Virus record (IMG/VR): IMGVR_UViG_3300042507_004023
Reading direction: 5' to 3' (one strand)
Source: a virus
Length of the DNA: 64,000 bases
Below the pieces are notes generated by a model. That model ran no database searches, was not told the origin of the DNA, and was given only the letters and a program-made list of their open reading frames with translations. Below, in pieces: positions 17,076 through 26,588 of this stretch (its first letter is position 1; the number at the start of each line of letters is the position of its first letter). The position numbers were made by a program, and so were the translations under genes.

Positions 17076-17745
17076 GTTACCAAGCAGATCGCGTCCGGCT
17101 AAGTTCATGGAGGTATTCAATCTCTATAAGAATATGGCATCCGGCAAGCACGATGTTCGGTTTTTGTGTTCGTTTGATCTTGATGATGCCACTATGAATA
17201 ATCCTGGTATTCGTAACTGGATTGCCAAGCAAGGCGATTCCGTTAAGGCGTTTTGGGGCAATTCAAAAACCAAGATACAAGCCATCAATGCCGACTTGGA
17301 ACACGCAGGAGATTACGATGTTCTCCTGCTAGCATCAGATGATATGATCCCTCAGATGCAAGGCTACGATGATATTATCATGCAGGATATGCAGACCTAC
17401 TATCCTGATGGTGATGGTGTTCTGCACTACAACGATGGTAAGCAGGGAGAACGATTGAATACTTTGTGCATCATGGGCAAGAAGTATTTTGATCGTTTTG
17501 GTTACATCTACAATCCTGAATACATTAGTGTTTATCCTGATAATGAATTTACTGATGTCAGCAGGATTCTAGGAAAAGCCACCTACATCGACAAGGTTAT
17601 CATTCGTCACTTTTGGATAGAGATTGGTGTTGACGCTCTATACATGCGTAACGAGAATCGTGAACTCTACGCTCGTGATGGAGCCTTGTATCAAAAGAGA
17701 AAGGAAGCAAACTTCGGTTTGTCACAACATGCCAACGCCTCCTAA
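17056..17745 (+). CDS. GT-A fold glycosyltransferase-like protein
   Basis: KLPSRSRP.KF, SKTKIQAIN, LLASDDM.P, YNPEY.S...DNEFT. Confidence 0.75.
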   Translation: MAKLLIKLPSRSRPAKFMEVFNLYKNMASGKHDVRFLCSFDLDDATMNNPGIRNWIAKQGDSVKAFWGNSKTKIQAINADLEHAGDYDVLLLASDDMIPQMQGYDDIIMQDMQTYYPDGDGVLHYNDGKQGERLNTLCIMGKKYFDRFGYIYNPEYISVYPDNEFTDVSRILGKATYIDKVIIRHFWIEIGVDALYMRNENRELYARDGALYQKRKEANFGLSQHANAS

Positions 17746-18343
17746 TGAAATCTTACTAAGTGTTCTGATTCTTTCTATTCCCTCTCGTCTTGAGAAGTGT
17801 CTGATTCCAACTTACAATCGTTTGTTGGAGCAGATTGGAAATGAGACCTGCGTTGAGGTTCTAACTCTTGTAGACAACAAGAGCATGAGCATTGGCGAAA
17901 AGCGTCAGGCTTTAATTCAATCTGCTAGAGGTAAGTGGATAGCATTTTTGGATGATGATGACGCGGTATCCGAAGATTATATTGCAACCTTGATTGAAAC
18001 CTTGAAGAATAAGCCTGCCGATGTGATTAGTTTTGAACAGCATTGCTCGGTAAATGGCAGAGAGTTCAAGGTTGATTTCCGTATGGGTAATCCTCACGAA
18101 GGACTTAAGCAGAATCCTGATGGAAGTCTAGGCGATATTAAGCGTCCTCCGTATCACATGTGCGTGTGGGCAACCAAGATCGCAAAGAATATTCCATTCC
18201 GTGCCGTTTCATACGGAGAAGATATTGATTGGTGTATGCGAATGTATCCGTTTGTGACAAGTGAAACTCACCTAGATAAAGTGCTTCACTACTATCAATA
18301 TGATGACAGAACATCGGAAAGTATACAATATGCAAAGCGATAA
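17729..18343 (+). CDS. GT2-like glycosyltransferase
   Basis: LSVLILSIPSR, SIGEKRQ.L...A.GKWIAFLDDDD, GEDIDW. Confidence 0.8.
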   Translation: MPTPPNEILLSVLILSIPSRLEKCLIPTYNRLLEQIGNETCVEVLTLVDNKSMSIGEKRQALIQSARGKWIAFLDDDDAVSEDYIATLIETLKNKPADVISFEQHCSVNGREFKVDFRMGNPHEGLKQNPDGSLGDIKRPPYHMCVWATKIAKNIPFRAVSYGEDIDWCMRMYPFVTSETHLDKVLHYYQYDDRTSESIQYAKR

Positions 18344-19055
18344 GAAGCATCTTCTTTTAAAGTATCCAACTCGTCAGCGTCCATCCAAGTTCATGGCGAA
18401 CTTGAATTCTTACCTTGAGAAATTGTCAGGTAAGCATCAGATAACTTTAGTTGTAAGTATGGACACCGACGACATACTGTGCAACAACGGCGGTATTCAA
18501 AGATTCCTAGACATCAAGAGAAGCGATACGGTTAATGTAATCTACTCTTATGGTGAAAGTAAGGGTAAGATTGCTGCCATCAATCGTGACATCCCGAACA
18601 CTCCTTGGGATATTCTTGTAGCCACAGCGGATGATATGGAACCAATGGAAGACCATTGGGATGATATTATCGTTCAGGATATGTTCCGCGAATTCCCCGA
18701 TCTTTACGGGGCAATCAATTACAATACTGATCCTAGACTAGAAACTAAGATTGACGGCAGACCCGAGGGATGGAAGGGCTTGATTACTCTTCCTGTAATT
18801 GGTAGAAAACTCTACGATAAGTTTGGTTACATCTATCATCCTGATTACATTTCAGAGTCATGTGATGATGAACAAACTATTGTTTACACGCAGTTGGGTG
18901 TTCTAAAGCACATTGACAGAAGACCAATTTTCCACAATTTTAAGCCTTGGCATGATGAGTTGATGATTCGTAACATGCAAATTGGGCAGACCGTTGATAG
19001 AAAAAAGTTTTTGGAAAGAAAAGAAAAGAATTTTGACCTAGAGGTGGCAGTATGA
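18330..19055 (+). CDS. GT-A fold glycosyltransferase-like protein (paralog of 17056-17745)
   Basis: LKYPTRQRP.KF, SKGKIAAIN, VATADDM.P, YHPDY.S...DDEQT. Confidence 0.75.
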   Translation: MQSDKKHLLLKYPTRQRPSKFMANLNSYLEKLSGKHQITLVVSMDTDDILCNNGGIQRFLDIKRSDTVNVIYSYGESKGKIAAINRDIPNTPWDILVATADDMEPMEDHWDDIIVQDMFREFPDLYGAINYNTDPRLETKIDGRPEGWKGLITLPVIGRKLYDKFGYIYHPDYISESCDDEQTIVYTQLGVLKHIDRRPIFHNFKPWHDELMIRNMQIGQTVDRKKFLERKEKNFDLEVAV

Positions 19056-19669
19056 ACTTTTATTCGCAGCAGAGTGAAGATGTTATACTTTGGAAAAAGT
19101 ATTTGAATTATAAGAACGGATTCTTTATTGAACTTGGTGCTATGGACGGAATCAAATATTCCAACACAAAGTTTTTTGAAGATAGTTTGGGTTGGAGAGG
19201 AATACTGATTGAACCTGAAAAGAATCAGTTTCAACGGTTAAGGAGGAATAGACCAAATTGCATCCTTTCCGATTATGCTATTTCGGAAACAGATGGAGAA
19301 GTGGTGTTCAATACTAGAAACGGTGGAGATTCTGGCGGAGGTATTGTTGATACTCACATAGATGAAACTATCCGTGAAGAAGATAATGTTAAACTGATAA
19401 GCAAACCGTTTACAACCTTGCTGAAAGAAGTAGGAAAGCCTGAACGAGTTGATTTGTTTGTGATTGATGTTGAAGGTGGCGAATTAGGAATTCTTAAAAC
19501 TTTTGATTGGTCTATTCCCGTTTATATCATTTGTATTGAAACTCACCCCTCAAACAAGCACTACGAAGAGTGCAAGCAGATTCTAGTAGAAAATGGATTT
19601 GAGTTTGATATGACGGTAGGGATAAACGAAGTTTGGATTAATAAAAACAACAAAAGAGCGGAAGCATGA
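19052..19669 (+). CDS. FkbM-family methyltransferase
   Basis: YSQQSED, FIELGAMDG..YSNT..FE..LGWRGILIEP, IDVEGGE..IL. Confidence 0.9.
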   Translation: MNFYSQQSEDVILWKKYLNYKNGFFIELGAMDGIKYSNTKFFEDSLGWRGILIEPEKNQFQRLRRNRPNCILSDYAISETDGEVVFNTRNGGDSGGGIVDTHIDETIREEDNVKLISKPFTTLLKEVGKPERVDLFVIDVEGGELGILKTFDWSIPVYIICIETHPSNKHYEECKQILVENGFEFDMTVGINEVWINKNNKRAEA

Positions 19670-20325
19670 ATTCTGTTAAACTTAGTATTTGCATTCCTAG
19701 CATTCCTAACAGAATGCGAATGTATCTACAACCTTTATATTCCAAGTTGCTTACTCAGATTGGAGATGCCAAAGATGTGGAAGTTCTGTCTCTAATGGAC
19801 AACAAGATGATGTCTATCGGCAGAAAGAAGTCTCTTCTATTGAGCATGGCAACGGGAAGATATGTGTGCATCATAGACGATGATGACACCGTAGCGGATG
19901 ATTATATTGCAACTTTACGAGAAAAGATTACCGACGATCTAGATGTAGATGTGATTTGCTATAATCAAGAAGCCACAATTCAAGGCAAGACATGGTTGGT
20001 TAAAACAAGTCTGACCCACAATCAAGTTCATCCTTTTGACCAGTTGGCTGTAGATCAAAACGGCAATACAATTCCTTGTAAGCGACCACCGTGGCAATGG
20101 TGTTTATGGAAGCGAGAGATTGCTCAGGCGGTAGCCTTTGGCGATTCTAATTGGGCAGAAGATGCAGCATTTACTCTTGACGCTTGCAAAAAGGCAAAGA
20201 CAGAACTTGTTATTGATAAAGTTATGTGTTACTATAGTTGGTCTCCAACAGTAACTGAAACACAAAGACCGCAGAATCCCGTATCTGTGGAAAACATGGA
20301 AAGAGTGAGGATTAACAATGGCTGA
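19666..20325 (+). CDS. GT2-like glycosyltransferase (paralog of 17729-18343)
   Basis: LSICIPSIP.R, MSIGRKK.LL...ATGRYVCIIDDDD, AEDAAF. Confidence 0.8.
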   Translation: MNSVKLSICIPSIPNRMRMYLQPLYSKLLTQIGDAKDVEVLSLMDNKMMSIGRKKSLLLSMATGRYVCIIDDDDTVADDYIATLREKITDDLDVDVICYNQEATIQGKTWLVKTSLTHNQVHPFDQLAVDQNGNTIPCKRPPWQWCLWKREIAQAVAFGDSNWAEDAAFTLDACKKAKTELVIDKVMCYYSWSPTVTETQRPQNPVSVENMERVRINNG

Positions 20326-21277
20326 AAATGGTGTGATTATTTACATGTCCCGAATGCGGGATGTTCCTCTTTTGTATCGCAGTCTTAGTATGCTTGGATG
20401 GAATTTCAAGCATATCAGAGAATATCCTATTGTGATTTTTCACGATGATATTGATAAGGGAACCATTTCCAATCTTATGGTATCTCTACATCAGAACTTG
20501 GGATTCATTCCAAATCTGAAGTTTGAGCGTTTGGATTTTGTAATGCCTGAATGGGTTTCAGAAGATCCAGCAAAGTATACTGTTCCTTTGGATCAGGCTT
20601 GGATGGGATATCGCCACATGTGCCGTTATCATTCGGGTGGTATTTACCGCGATCCTCGTCTTCTACAATACGATTATTATTGGAGATTAGATTCCGATTC
20701 TTACATCTATTCACCGATCAATTACGATCCGTTTGAATACATGGCAAAGAATGATAAAGAATATGCTTTCATGGCAACCGAAGACGGAGAAGTTCCAAGC
20801 GTTGTTGAAGGACTTTGGGATGAAACTGAGCGGTTTATGAAGACTCACAATATTCCTATGACTAAAGACCTTGAAGACAGCATGGTTGACGGAAAGTGGA
20901 GTTGTCGGTTGTTCTATACAAACTTTGAAATTGCCAAGTTCTCGTTCTTCAGAAGCGAAAAGTATATGGCATACTTTGACCAGTTAGATCAGACAGGCAA
21001 CATCTTCTATAAGAGATGGGGCGATGCTCCAATCCATTGGCTAGGTGTAAAGATGTTGTTAGACCCAAGCAAGGTTTGGGCGGTTAACGATATCACCTAT
21101 CAGCACAATGCTTGGATACGCAACATGAGTGCTTTGCCCAACAAGGAAATCCCCGAGAAGATTATGAACTTGGTTGATGGAAATCTTCAACATCGTTACA
21201 GCCGTCTAGAAAGAATCACTTTTGGTTTGAATAGATATAGAGCAGGCGGTCCTGATTGGTTGAATTGGGGCGAGTGA
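20318..21277 (+). CDS. KRE2/MNT1-like alpha-1,2-mannosyltransferase (GT15-like)
   Basis: GYRHMCRYHSG, YDYYWRLD, FYTNFEIAK..FFRS..Y..YF..LD..G.IFYKRWGDAP: the Kre2-family signature. Confidence 0.85.
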   Translation: MAENGVIIYMSRMRDVPLLYRSLSMLGWNFKHIREYPIVIFHDDIDKGTISNLMVSLHQNLGFIPNLKFERLDFVMPEWVSEDPAKYTVPLDQAWMGYRHMCRYHSGGIYRDPRLLQYDYYWRLDSDSYIYSPINYDPFEYMAKNDKEYAFMATEDGEVPSVVEGLWDETERFMKTHNIPMTKDLEDSMVDGKWSCRLFYTNFEIAKFSFFRSEKYMAYFDQLDQTGNIFYKRWGDAPIHWLGVKMLLDPSKVWAVNDITYQHNAWIRNMSALPNKEIPEKIMNLVDGNLQHRYSRLERITFGLNRYRAGGPDWLNWGE

Positions 21278-21292
21278 GAAAGGATTTATATT

Positions 21293-22186
21293 ATGGAAAA
21301 CGCTGCAATTGTATACATGACCCGAAAGAACGATCTGTGGATTTTTAAGCACAGCATCAATTTCTTGTATTCTAATTTCAACAAGGATGCAAACTACCCT
21401 GTAGTTGTTTTCTATGATGATTTGAGCAAGGCAGATATAGCAAATCTGCTAACAGAGTTTAGTCTTTCCTTTGGGTTCCTACCAAACATAAAGTTTGAAA
21501 AGTTGGAATTCTCTCTGCCTGAAGGAATATCTGAAGATCCGGCTCTCTATACTCTTCCTCTCACTCAATTCCGAATGGGATATCGTCATATGTGTCGTTT
21601 CTATGGCGGTCAAATCTTTAATCATCCCGCTTTGGCAAAGTATAAGTGGTATATGAGATTGGATTCTGATTCGTTTATCATGTCCAAAATCACCCGTGAT
21701 CCATTTGAGGTCATGCGAGTTAATGGATATCAATACGCTTTCATGGAACGAGAAGAATACGATGCTCCTTGGGCTTGCGAAGGCTTGTGGGATAGCACAA
21801 AGAAGTTTATTGAAGCAAACAAATCCACAGTTCTAAATTCAGAATTTGAATGGAACATGGAAGTCTACAATACTAATTTTGAAATTGTAGACATGGATTT
21901 CTTCCGTGACAACAACTATCAAAACTATTTCAATCATATTGAAGAAACGGGCAACATCTTCTATAAGCGTTGGGGAGATCATTGCATTCGTTGGTTGGGC
22001 ATCAAGATGTTTATGAATCCCGAAAGAGTTTGGTGTCTACGCGATTTCTGCTATCAGCATGGCGGAGATATTAAGAATATAGAACTCGTTGATATGGATT
22101 GTGTTGCTCGTGAACCTGAACCGTTTAAGGGAGGAATGGTTAAGGCTTTAGAGCAAAGAGTTCAGGGTCTTGCAGTTAATGGATAA
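21293..22186 (+). CDS. Second KRE2/MNT1-like mannosyltransferase (GT15-like)
   Basis: GYRHMCRFYGG, YKWYMRLDSD, YNTNFEI.D..FF, GNIFYKRWGD. Confidence 0.82.
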   Translation: MENAAIVYMTRKNDLWIFKHSINFLYSNFNKDANYPVVVFYDDLSKADIANLLTEFSLSFGFLPNIKFEKLEFSLPEGISEDPALYTLPLTQFRMGYRHMCRFYGGQIFNHPALAKYKWYMRLDSDSFIMSKITRDPFEVMRVNGYQYAFMEREEYDAPWACEGLWDSTKKFIEANKSTVLNSEFEWNMEVYNTNFEIVDMDFFRDNNYQNYFNHIEETGNIFYKRWGDHCIRWLGIKMFMNPERVWCLRDFCYQHGGDIKNIELVDMDCVAREPEPFKGGMVKALEQRVQGLAVNG

Positions 22187-22189
22187 TCC

Positions 22190-22999
22190 ATGAATCTTGT
22201 ATTAGGCAGCACATCTCAACTGTCTCGTTATTTTCCTGATAACTACGCAAAGGTTTCAGCAAGAGAATTGGATTTAGATGCTCTAACCAAAACTAGGTGG
22301 GATGCAGTATACATTTGTTTTGCCGAGCAAAGAACTTATCTAGCAAATGCCATAGACGAGAATACTCGTAATATGTTTTGGAATACTAATGTAGATAAGA
22401 CTCTACAAATTATAGAGAGACTGCAAGAAGTAACAGATAAGATTGTGTATTACTCTACAGCGGAACTGTGGAACAACACATCAGGCCCTGTGAAGATTAC
22501 AGACCCTGTTTCTTTTCACAAGAACAATTACACCGAGTCAAAGTGGCATATAACGCAAATTCTCAGAGACAAGGAAAAGTATCCTAAAGTTTCCATTCTC
22601 TATCCTTTCAACTTCAACAGCATTCACCGAGGCGATCAATACTTGTTTGGTAAGATTTTTAAATCCATCGTAAACAAGCAGCCCGTCACCATAGGGGATG
22701 TTCAGTATTACCGAGAACTGTTGCATCCTCAAATGGTGGTTGATGCTAGCATAAACGCTACAGCAGGGGTGGATGAGATTGTTGGTTCGGGTAGAGTGGT
22801 TTATGTGAAAGATTTCATAGAATTACTTTACATGTATTCTGGATTGAGTTATAATGATATGGTTACAGAAGATAATACCAGAGAGTCAATCTATCGGAAA
22901 AACATTTTCTACTCTGCTGTGCGAAACGAACAGTATGATGTTGATCGTTTGATTGATCTTACCATAAGCGAATTAACAAACCCGGCGGTGACACAATGA
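22190..22999 (+). CDS. Divergent GDP-mannose 4,6-dehydratase-like SDR
   Basis: STAE and YTESK catalytic residues; FNFNSIHRG...FGKI and IGDVQYYRELLH correspond to Gmd FNHESPRRG...RKI and LGNLDAKRDWGH. Confidence 0.6.
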   Translation: MNLVLGSTSQLSRYFPDNYAKVSARELDLDALTKTRWDAVYICFAEQRTYLANAIDENTRNMFWNTNVDKTLQIIERLQEVTDKIVYYSTAELWNNTSGPVKITDPVSFHKNNYTESKWHITQILRDKEKYPKVSILYPFNFNSIHRGDQYLFGKIFKSIVNKQPVTIGDVQYYRELLHPQMVVDASINATAGVDEIVGSGRVVYVKDFIELLYMYSGLSYNDMVTEDNTRESIYRKNIFYSAVRNEQYDVDRLIDLTISELTNPAVTQ

Positions 23000-24165
23000 A
23001 TAAACCAATAAATCTAGTTCAAGACACTATAGATCAACAAGACATATCATCTTTAATCTCTTGGCTTAACACTAATCCTCGTTTAACGAAAGCCACTAGA
23101 ACCGTTGAGTTTGAGCAGGAGTGGAGCAATTGGTTGGGTTGCAAGTATTCGGTATTTGTAAACTCGGGATCGTCTGCAAACTTGGCAATATTCTATGCTT
23201 TGATTGTAAGCAATCGTTTAAAGAACAAGAAGGTTGTGTTCCCATGTTTGTCTTGGGTGACAACAGTTGCTCCTGCAATTCAGTTGGGGTTAGAGCCGAT
23301 TCTTTGCGGAACCGACAGAGCCAACTTGGGAATTGATGTTGAGGAGTTTGAGGAAATTTGCAAGCGAGAAAATCCTGCTGCTCTAATGGTAGTTCATGCT
23401 TTAGGATTTCCAAACGACATGAAGCGCATTCAAGAAATCTGTGAGAAGTATGGAGTGATACTTCTTGAGGATTCCTGTGAGAGTGTTGGAACAACCGTGG
23501 ATGGCAAGAAAACAGGAACTTTGAGTCTTGCTGCGTCTTTCAGCACTTACTATGGGCATCACTTCTCTACCATAGAAGGCGGGTTGATTTCAACCGATGA
23601 TTACGAACTGTATAATATTCTAAAGAGCATTCGTTCTCACGGATGGTCTAGAGATTTGGATGAAGTTTCTCGTATCAATCTTCAACTGAAGTATGGTATT
23701 GATGACTTCCGTAACTTCTACACCTTCTACTATCCAGGATTCAATCTTCGCTCAACCGATCTGCAAGCGTATATCGGTATACAGCAACTCAAGAAACTTG
23801 ATCGGTTCTGTGATAAGCGATGGAATAATCTTAAACTATACGATAAGTATATCGTAAATCCACATTGGAAGATTTCTGTGGATCAGTTTGAGTATGTTTC
23901 AAACTTTGCCTATCCCATCATTCACCCAAGAGTGCCTGAGATTGTTAAGAAACTAGCCAAAAATTCTGTGGAGTGTCGTCCACTAATTGCGGGTAGTATT
24001 TCCCGACAGCCGTTCTTCTACGAGAGATACGGTTCCAAGAAGCACCCGTTTGCGGATGAGATACACGATTACGGAATGTATGTTCCCAACAATCCTGATA
24101 TGACCGAAGATCAAATTAAGTTTGTATCTGACATAGTAAACACATTTACAGTAAGCAAGGATTAA
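22996..24165 (+). CDS. DegT/DnrJ-fold PLP enzyme, ColD-like 3-dehydratase
   Basis: FVNSGSSANL, EDSCES.G, SFSTYYGHHFSTIEGG (His in place of the Schiff-base Lys), GFNLRSTDLQA. Confidence 0.8.
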   Translation: MNKPINLVQDTIDQQDISSLISWLNTNPRLTKATRTVEFEQEWSNWLGCKYSVFVNSGSSANLAIFYALIVSNRLKNKKVVFPCLSWVTTVAPAIQLGLEPILCGTDRANLGIDVEEFEEICKRENPAALMVVHALGFPNDMKRIQEICEKYGVILLEDSCESVGTTVDGKKTGTLSLAASFSTYYGHHFSTIEGGLISTDDYELYNILKSIRSHGWSRDLDEVSRINLQLKYGIDDFRNFYTFYYPGFNLRSTDLQAYIGIQQLKKLDRFCDKRWNNLKLYDKYIVNPHWKISVDQFEYVSNFAYPIIHPRVPEIVKKLAKNSVECRPLIAGSISRQPFFYERYGSKKHPFADEIHDYGMYVPNNPDMTEDQIKFVSDIVNTFTVSKD

Positions 24166-24168
24166 TCC

Positions 24169-25176
24169 ATGAAAATTGATAAAGTCGTCTTTAGTTGCTC
24201 GGAAACATTCAGTCCATTTTGGAACATACAATCTAAGGTATGGAAGACTAAGTTTGGAGTGGAGCCGGTATGTCTTTTGTTTGGAGATAAAAAGAGTTGT
24301 AAGGTATCTGAAGAATACGGAGAAGTTATAGAACAGAAGTATGATCCTGATCTTCCACAAATCATTCAAATACAATTTTCTAAGTTTTATCATCCAAAGG
24401 TTGAACCAGAAACAACATGGATAATCGGTGACATAGATCAAATTCCTTTGCAGACCGAATATTTTTTAAATGATTTGCCGAATGTTCCTGACGATGCGTA
24501 TGCTCATTTGAACTATACTCTTACTGCTCAGATGCGTCCAGGTATTCGTCCTGATGGCATGCCAGGCATTTCGCCCGACACTTTCTTGAAGGTTGGTGCA
24601 TATGTTAATGGCGGCTATGATCTTCCTGGTCATTATCATGTGGCTAAGGGTAAATTGTATGAAAATCTATTCTTCCGTGATAAGAGTTTCAAAGAAGTTG
24701 TGCAGGGAGTTATTGATGCTCGTAGACACGGTATGGTTACTGAGGATGCAAGAAACACTCTCAATAAAAGTATTCATGGTGATTATTGGGTCGCTGAAGA
24801 AGGATACACATCCGAACAGATTTGGTATGGGTTGAAGTCTAAGAGAATCACTGGTGGTTTCTTCGGTAAAGAATATCACATCTTTGATGGTAAGATTGAT
24901 CGTGTTGGTAATGGAACTTGGTTCGATCCAAATGGATGGACAGAAACCGACATAAAGAATATGGCAGAAAGCAATAAAACTACACCAGAAAATATTGTGC
25001 AATACCTGAAGCAAAACAATATAAAGAAAAGAAGCATGCAATGGACAGGTAAAGAATATCTTTATGATGTTGAAAAATTAAAGAACAAGGGTTACATGGA
25101 TATACATTGTTATCGTCCATATCACGAACAAGAGGGGCCTATGATGCGTATTCTTGAAATCGCTGGCATGATCTAA
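24169..25176 (+). CDS. Hypothetical protein, possibly glycosyltransferase-like
   Basis: MKIDKVV.SC...FW, IIGDIDQIPL (DxD), DIHC.RPY; located inside the glycan island. Confidence 0.6.
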   Translation: MKIDKVVFSCSETFSPFWNIQSKVWKTKFGVEPVCLLFGDKKSCKVSEEYGEVIEQKYDPDLPQIIQIQFSKFYHPKVEPETTWIIGDIDQIPLQTEYFLNDLPNVPDDAYAHLNYTLTAQMRPGIRPDGMPGISPDTFLKVGAYVNGGYDLPGHYHVAKGKLYENLFFRDKSFKEVVQGVIDARRHGMVTEDARNTLNKSIHGDYWVAEEGYTSEQIWYGLKSKRITGGFFGKEYHIFDGKIDRVGNGTWFDPNGWTETDIKNMAESNKTTPENIVQYLKQNNIKKRSMQWTGKEYLYDVEKLKNKGYMDIHCYRPYHEQEGPMMRILEIAGMI

Positions 25177-26588
25177 TGAATTTGTTTTGCATATCAGGAA
25201 GTTCTGGTGTAGGCAAAACCACAATATCTAAGATCATTCAAAGTATTCTTGGGTCAAAAGATTGTGTTTGTCTAAGTGGTGATGATCTTCACAAGTGGGA
25301 AAGAGGCGATCCCATTTGGAAGACCATTACACATTTGAATCCTGATGCAAATAATTTAGAATTGGGTTATTCTCATCTTGTTGAATTAAAGAATGGTAAT
25401 CCTATACAAAGAAGCCACTATAATCACGATACAGGAAAATTTGATTCTTCTGTCAGAATTGATTCTAAACCGTATATCATTTACGAAGGGCTTCATGCTC
25501 TTTATCACAAACCTACTGTTCAAATTTCAGATTTAAACATTTATGTGGATACTGATGAAGATTTAAAAGTCGAATGGAAAGTTAAACGCGATACAACTAA
25601 AAGAGGCCATACTAAAGCCGAGGTTCTAGAAACCATAAAGCGCAGAAAAGATGATGAAGACCGATTCATAAAGCCACAGAAACAGAATGCCGATATTGTA
25701 GTTAAGTTTAGTAAAGATCAGCACTCTTCCATCAAACTGTTATACTTTTGCACTACTGACAAGGGGCAAAAATTCATGGAACTCGTTAAGGGGTTCTACG
25801 AATCAACGAATAACTTTTTACAAATTTGTAAATGGTTGGGATTAGATCCCGCTTTAGTTCAAGGCAGAGGCGGAAATGTTTCTGTCAAGTCGGATGGCGG
25901 AATGATTATCAAATCATCAGGCGCAAAGATGAGTGATATAAATTTGTATCATGGATTTTGTGTTTGTGATATTCGAAAGGAACCTTTACCAAAATTTGCA
26001 GACGAAAAACATTACAATCTGTATATCAAAGGATGTAAAAAGATAGGGGACAGTAATCCTTCTATGGAAACCGGATTCCATATCTCCATTCCAAATAAAG
26101 TTGTTATCCATACCCATCCAATACACCTTAATTCCATACTTTGTAGTTTGGAAGGAGAAGAAGTATTGAAAACTCTTTTCAAAGATATTGCGTATCAATT
26201 TGTTCCTTACACCACACCAGGATATGAATTGGTAAATCGTATAACACCAAATCTGATAAACACCAACATCATTTTTTTGCAAAATCATGGGCTGATAGTC
26301 GGAGCAGAAACTCACGAAGAAGCAATAGAACTAACCGAAAAAATTAACAACCGATGTAAACGCTGGTTGGTTACTCATGTTGACAGTTTCTTGGATTACG
26401 AGGATTCTAAAATAAATATGCCGCTTTTTCCAGATGCCGCAGTTTTTCTAAACGAAATGTCTTCAACAAACAACTACATACTACATCTGATGACTGGAGC
26501 CTGCTTGACTCCAAACTTTTTGAGTTCTGAAGAAGTGAGAAAGTTAAACAGTATGTCGTCGGAACAATTCAGAAAGGCTTTAGTATGA
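25176..26588 (+). CDS. Uridine kinase/phosphoribulokinase-like domain fused to a class II aldolase domain
   Basis: N-terminus: GSSGVGKTT, GDDLHKW, YNHDTG, IYEGLH, KVKRD..KRG. C-terminus: QGRGGNVSVK, PSMETGFH, HTHP, LQNHGL. Confidence 0.85.
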   Translation: MNLFCISGSSGVGKTTISKIIQSILGSKDCVCLSGDDLHKWERGDPIWKTITHLNPDANNLELGYSHLVELKNGNPIQRSHYNHDTGKFDSSVRIDSKPYIIYEGLHALYHKPTVQISDLNIYVDTDEDLKVEWKVKRDTTKRGHTKAEVLETIKRRKDDEDRFIKPQKQNADIVVKFSKDQHSSIKLLYFCTTDKGQKFMELVKGFYESTNNFLQICKWLGLDPALVQGRGGNVSVKSDGGMIIKSSGAKMSDINLYHGFCVCDIRKEPLPKFADEKHYNLYIKGCKKIGDSNPSMETGFHISIPNKVVIHTHPIHLNSILCSLEGEEVLKTLFKDIAYQFVPYTTPGYELVNRITPNLINTNIIFLQNHGLIVGAETHEEAIELTEKINNRCKRWLVTHVDSFLDYEDSKINMPLFPDAAVFLNEMSSTNNYILHLMTGACLTPNFLSSEEVRKLNSMSSEQFRKALV

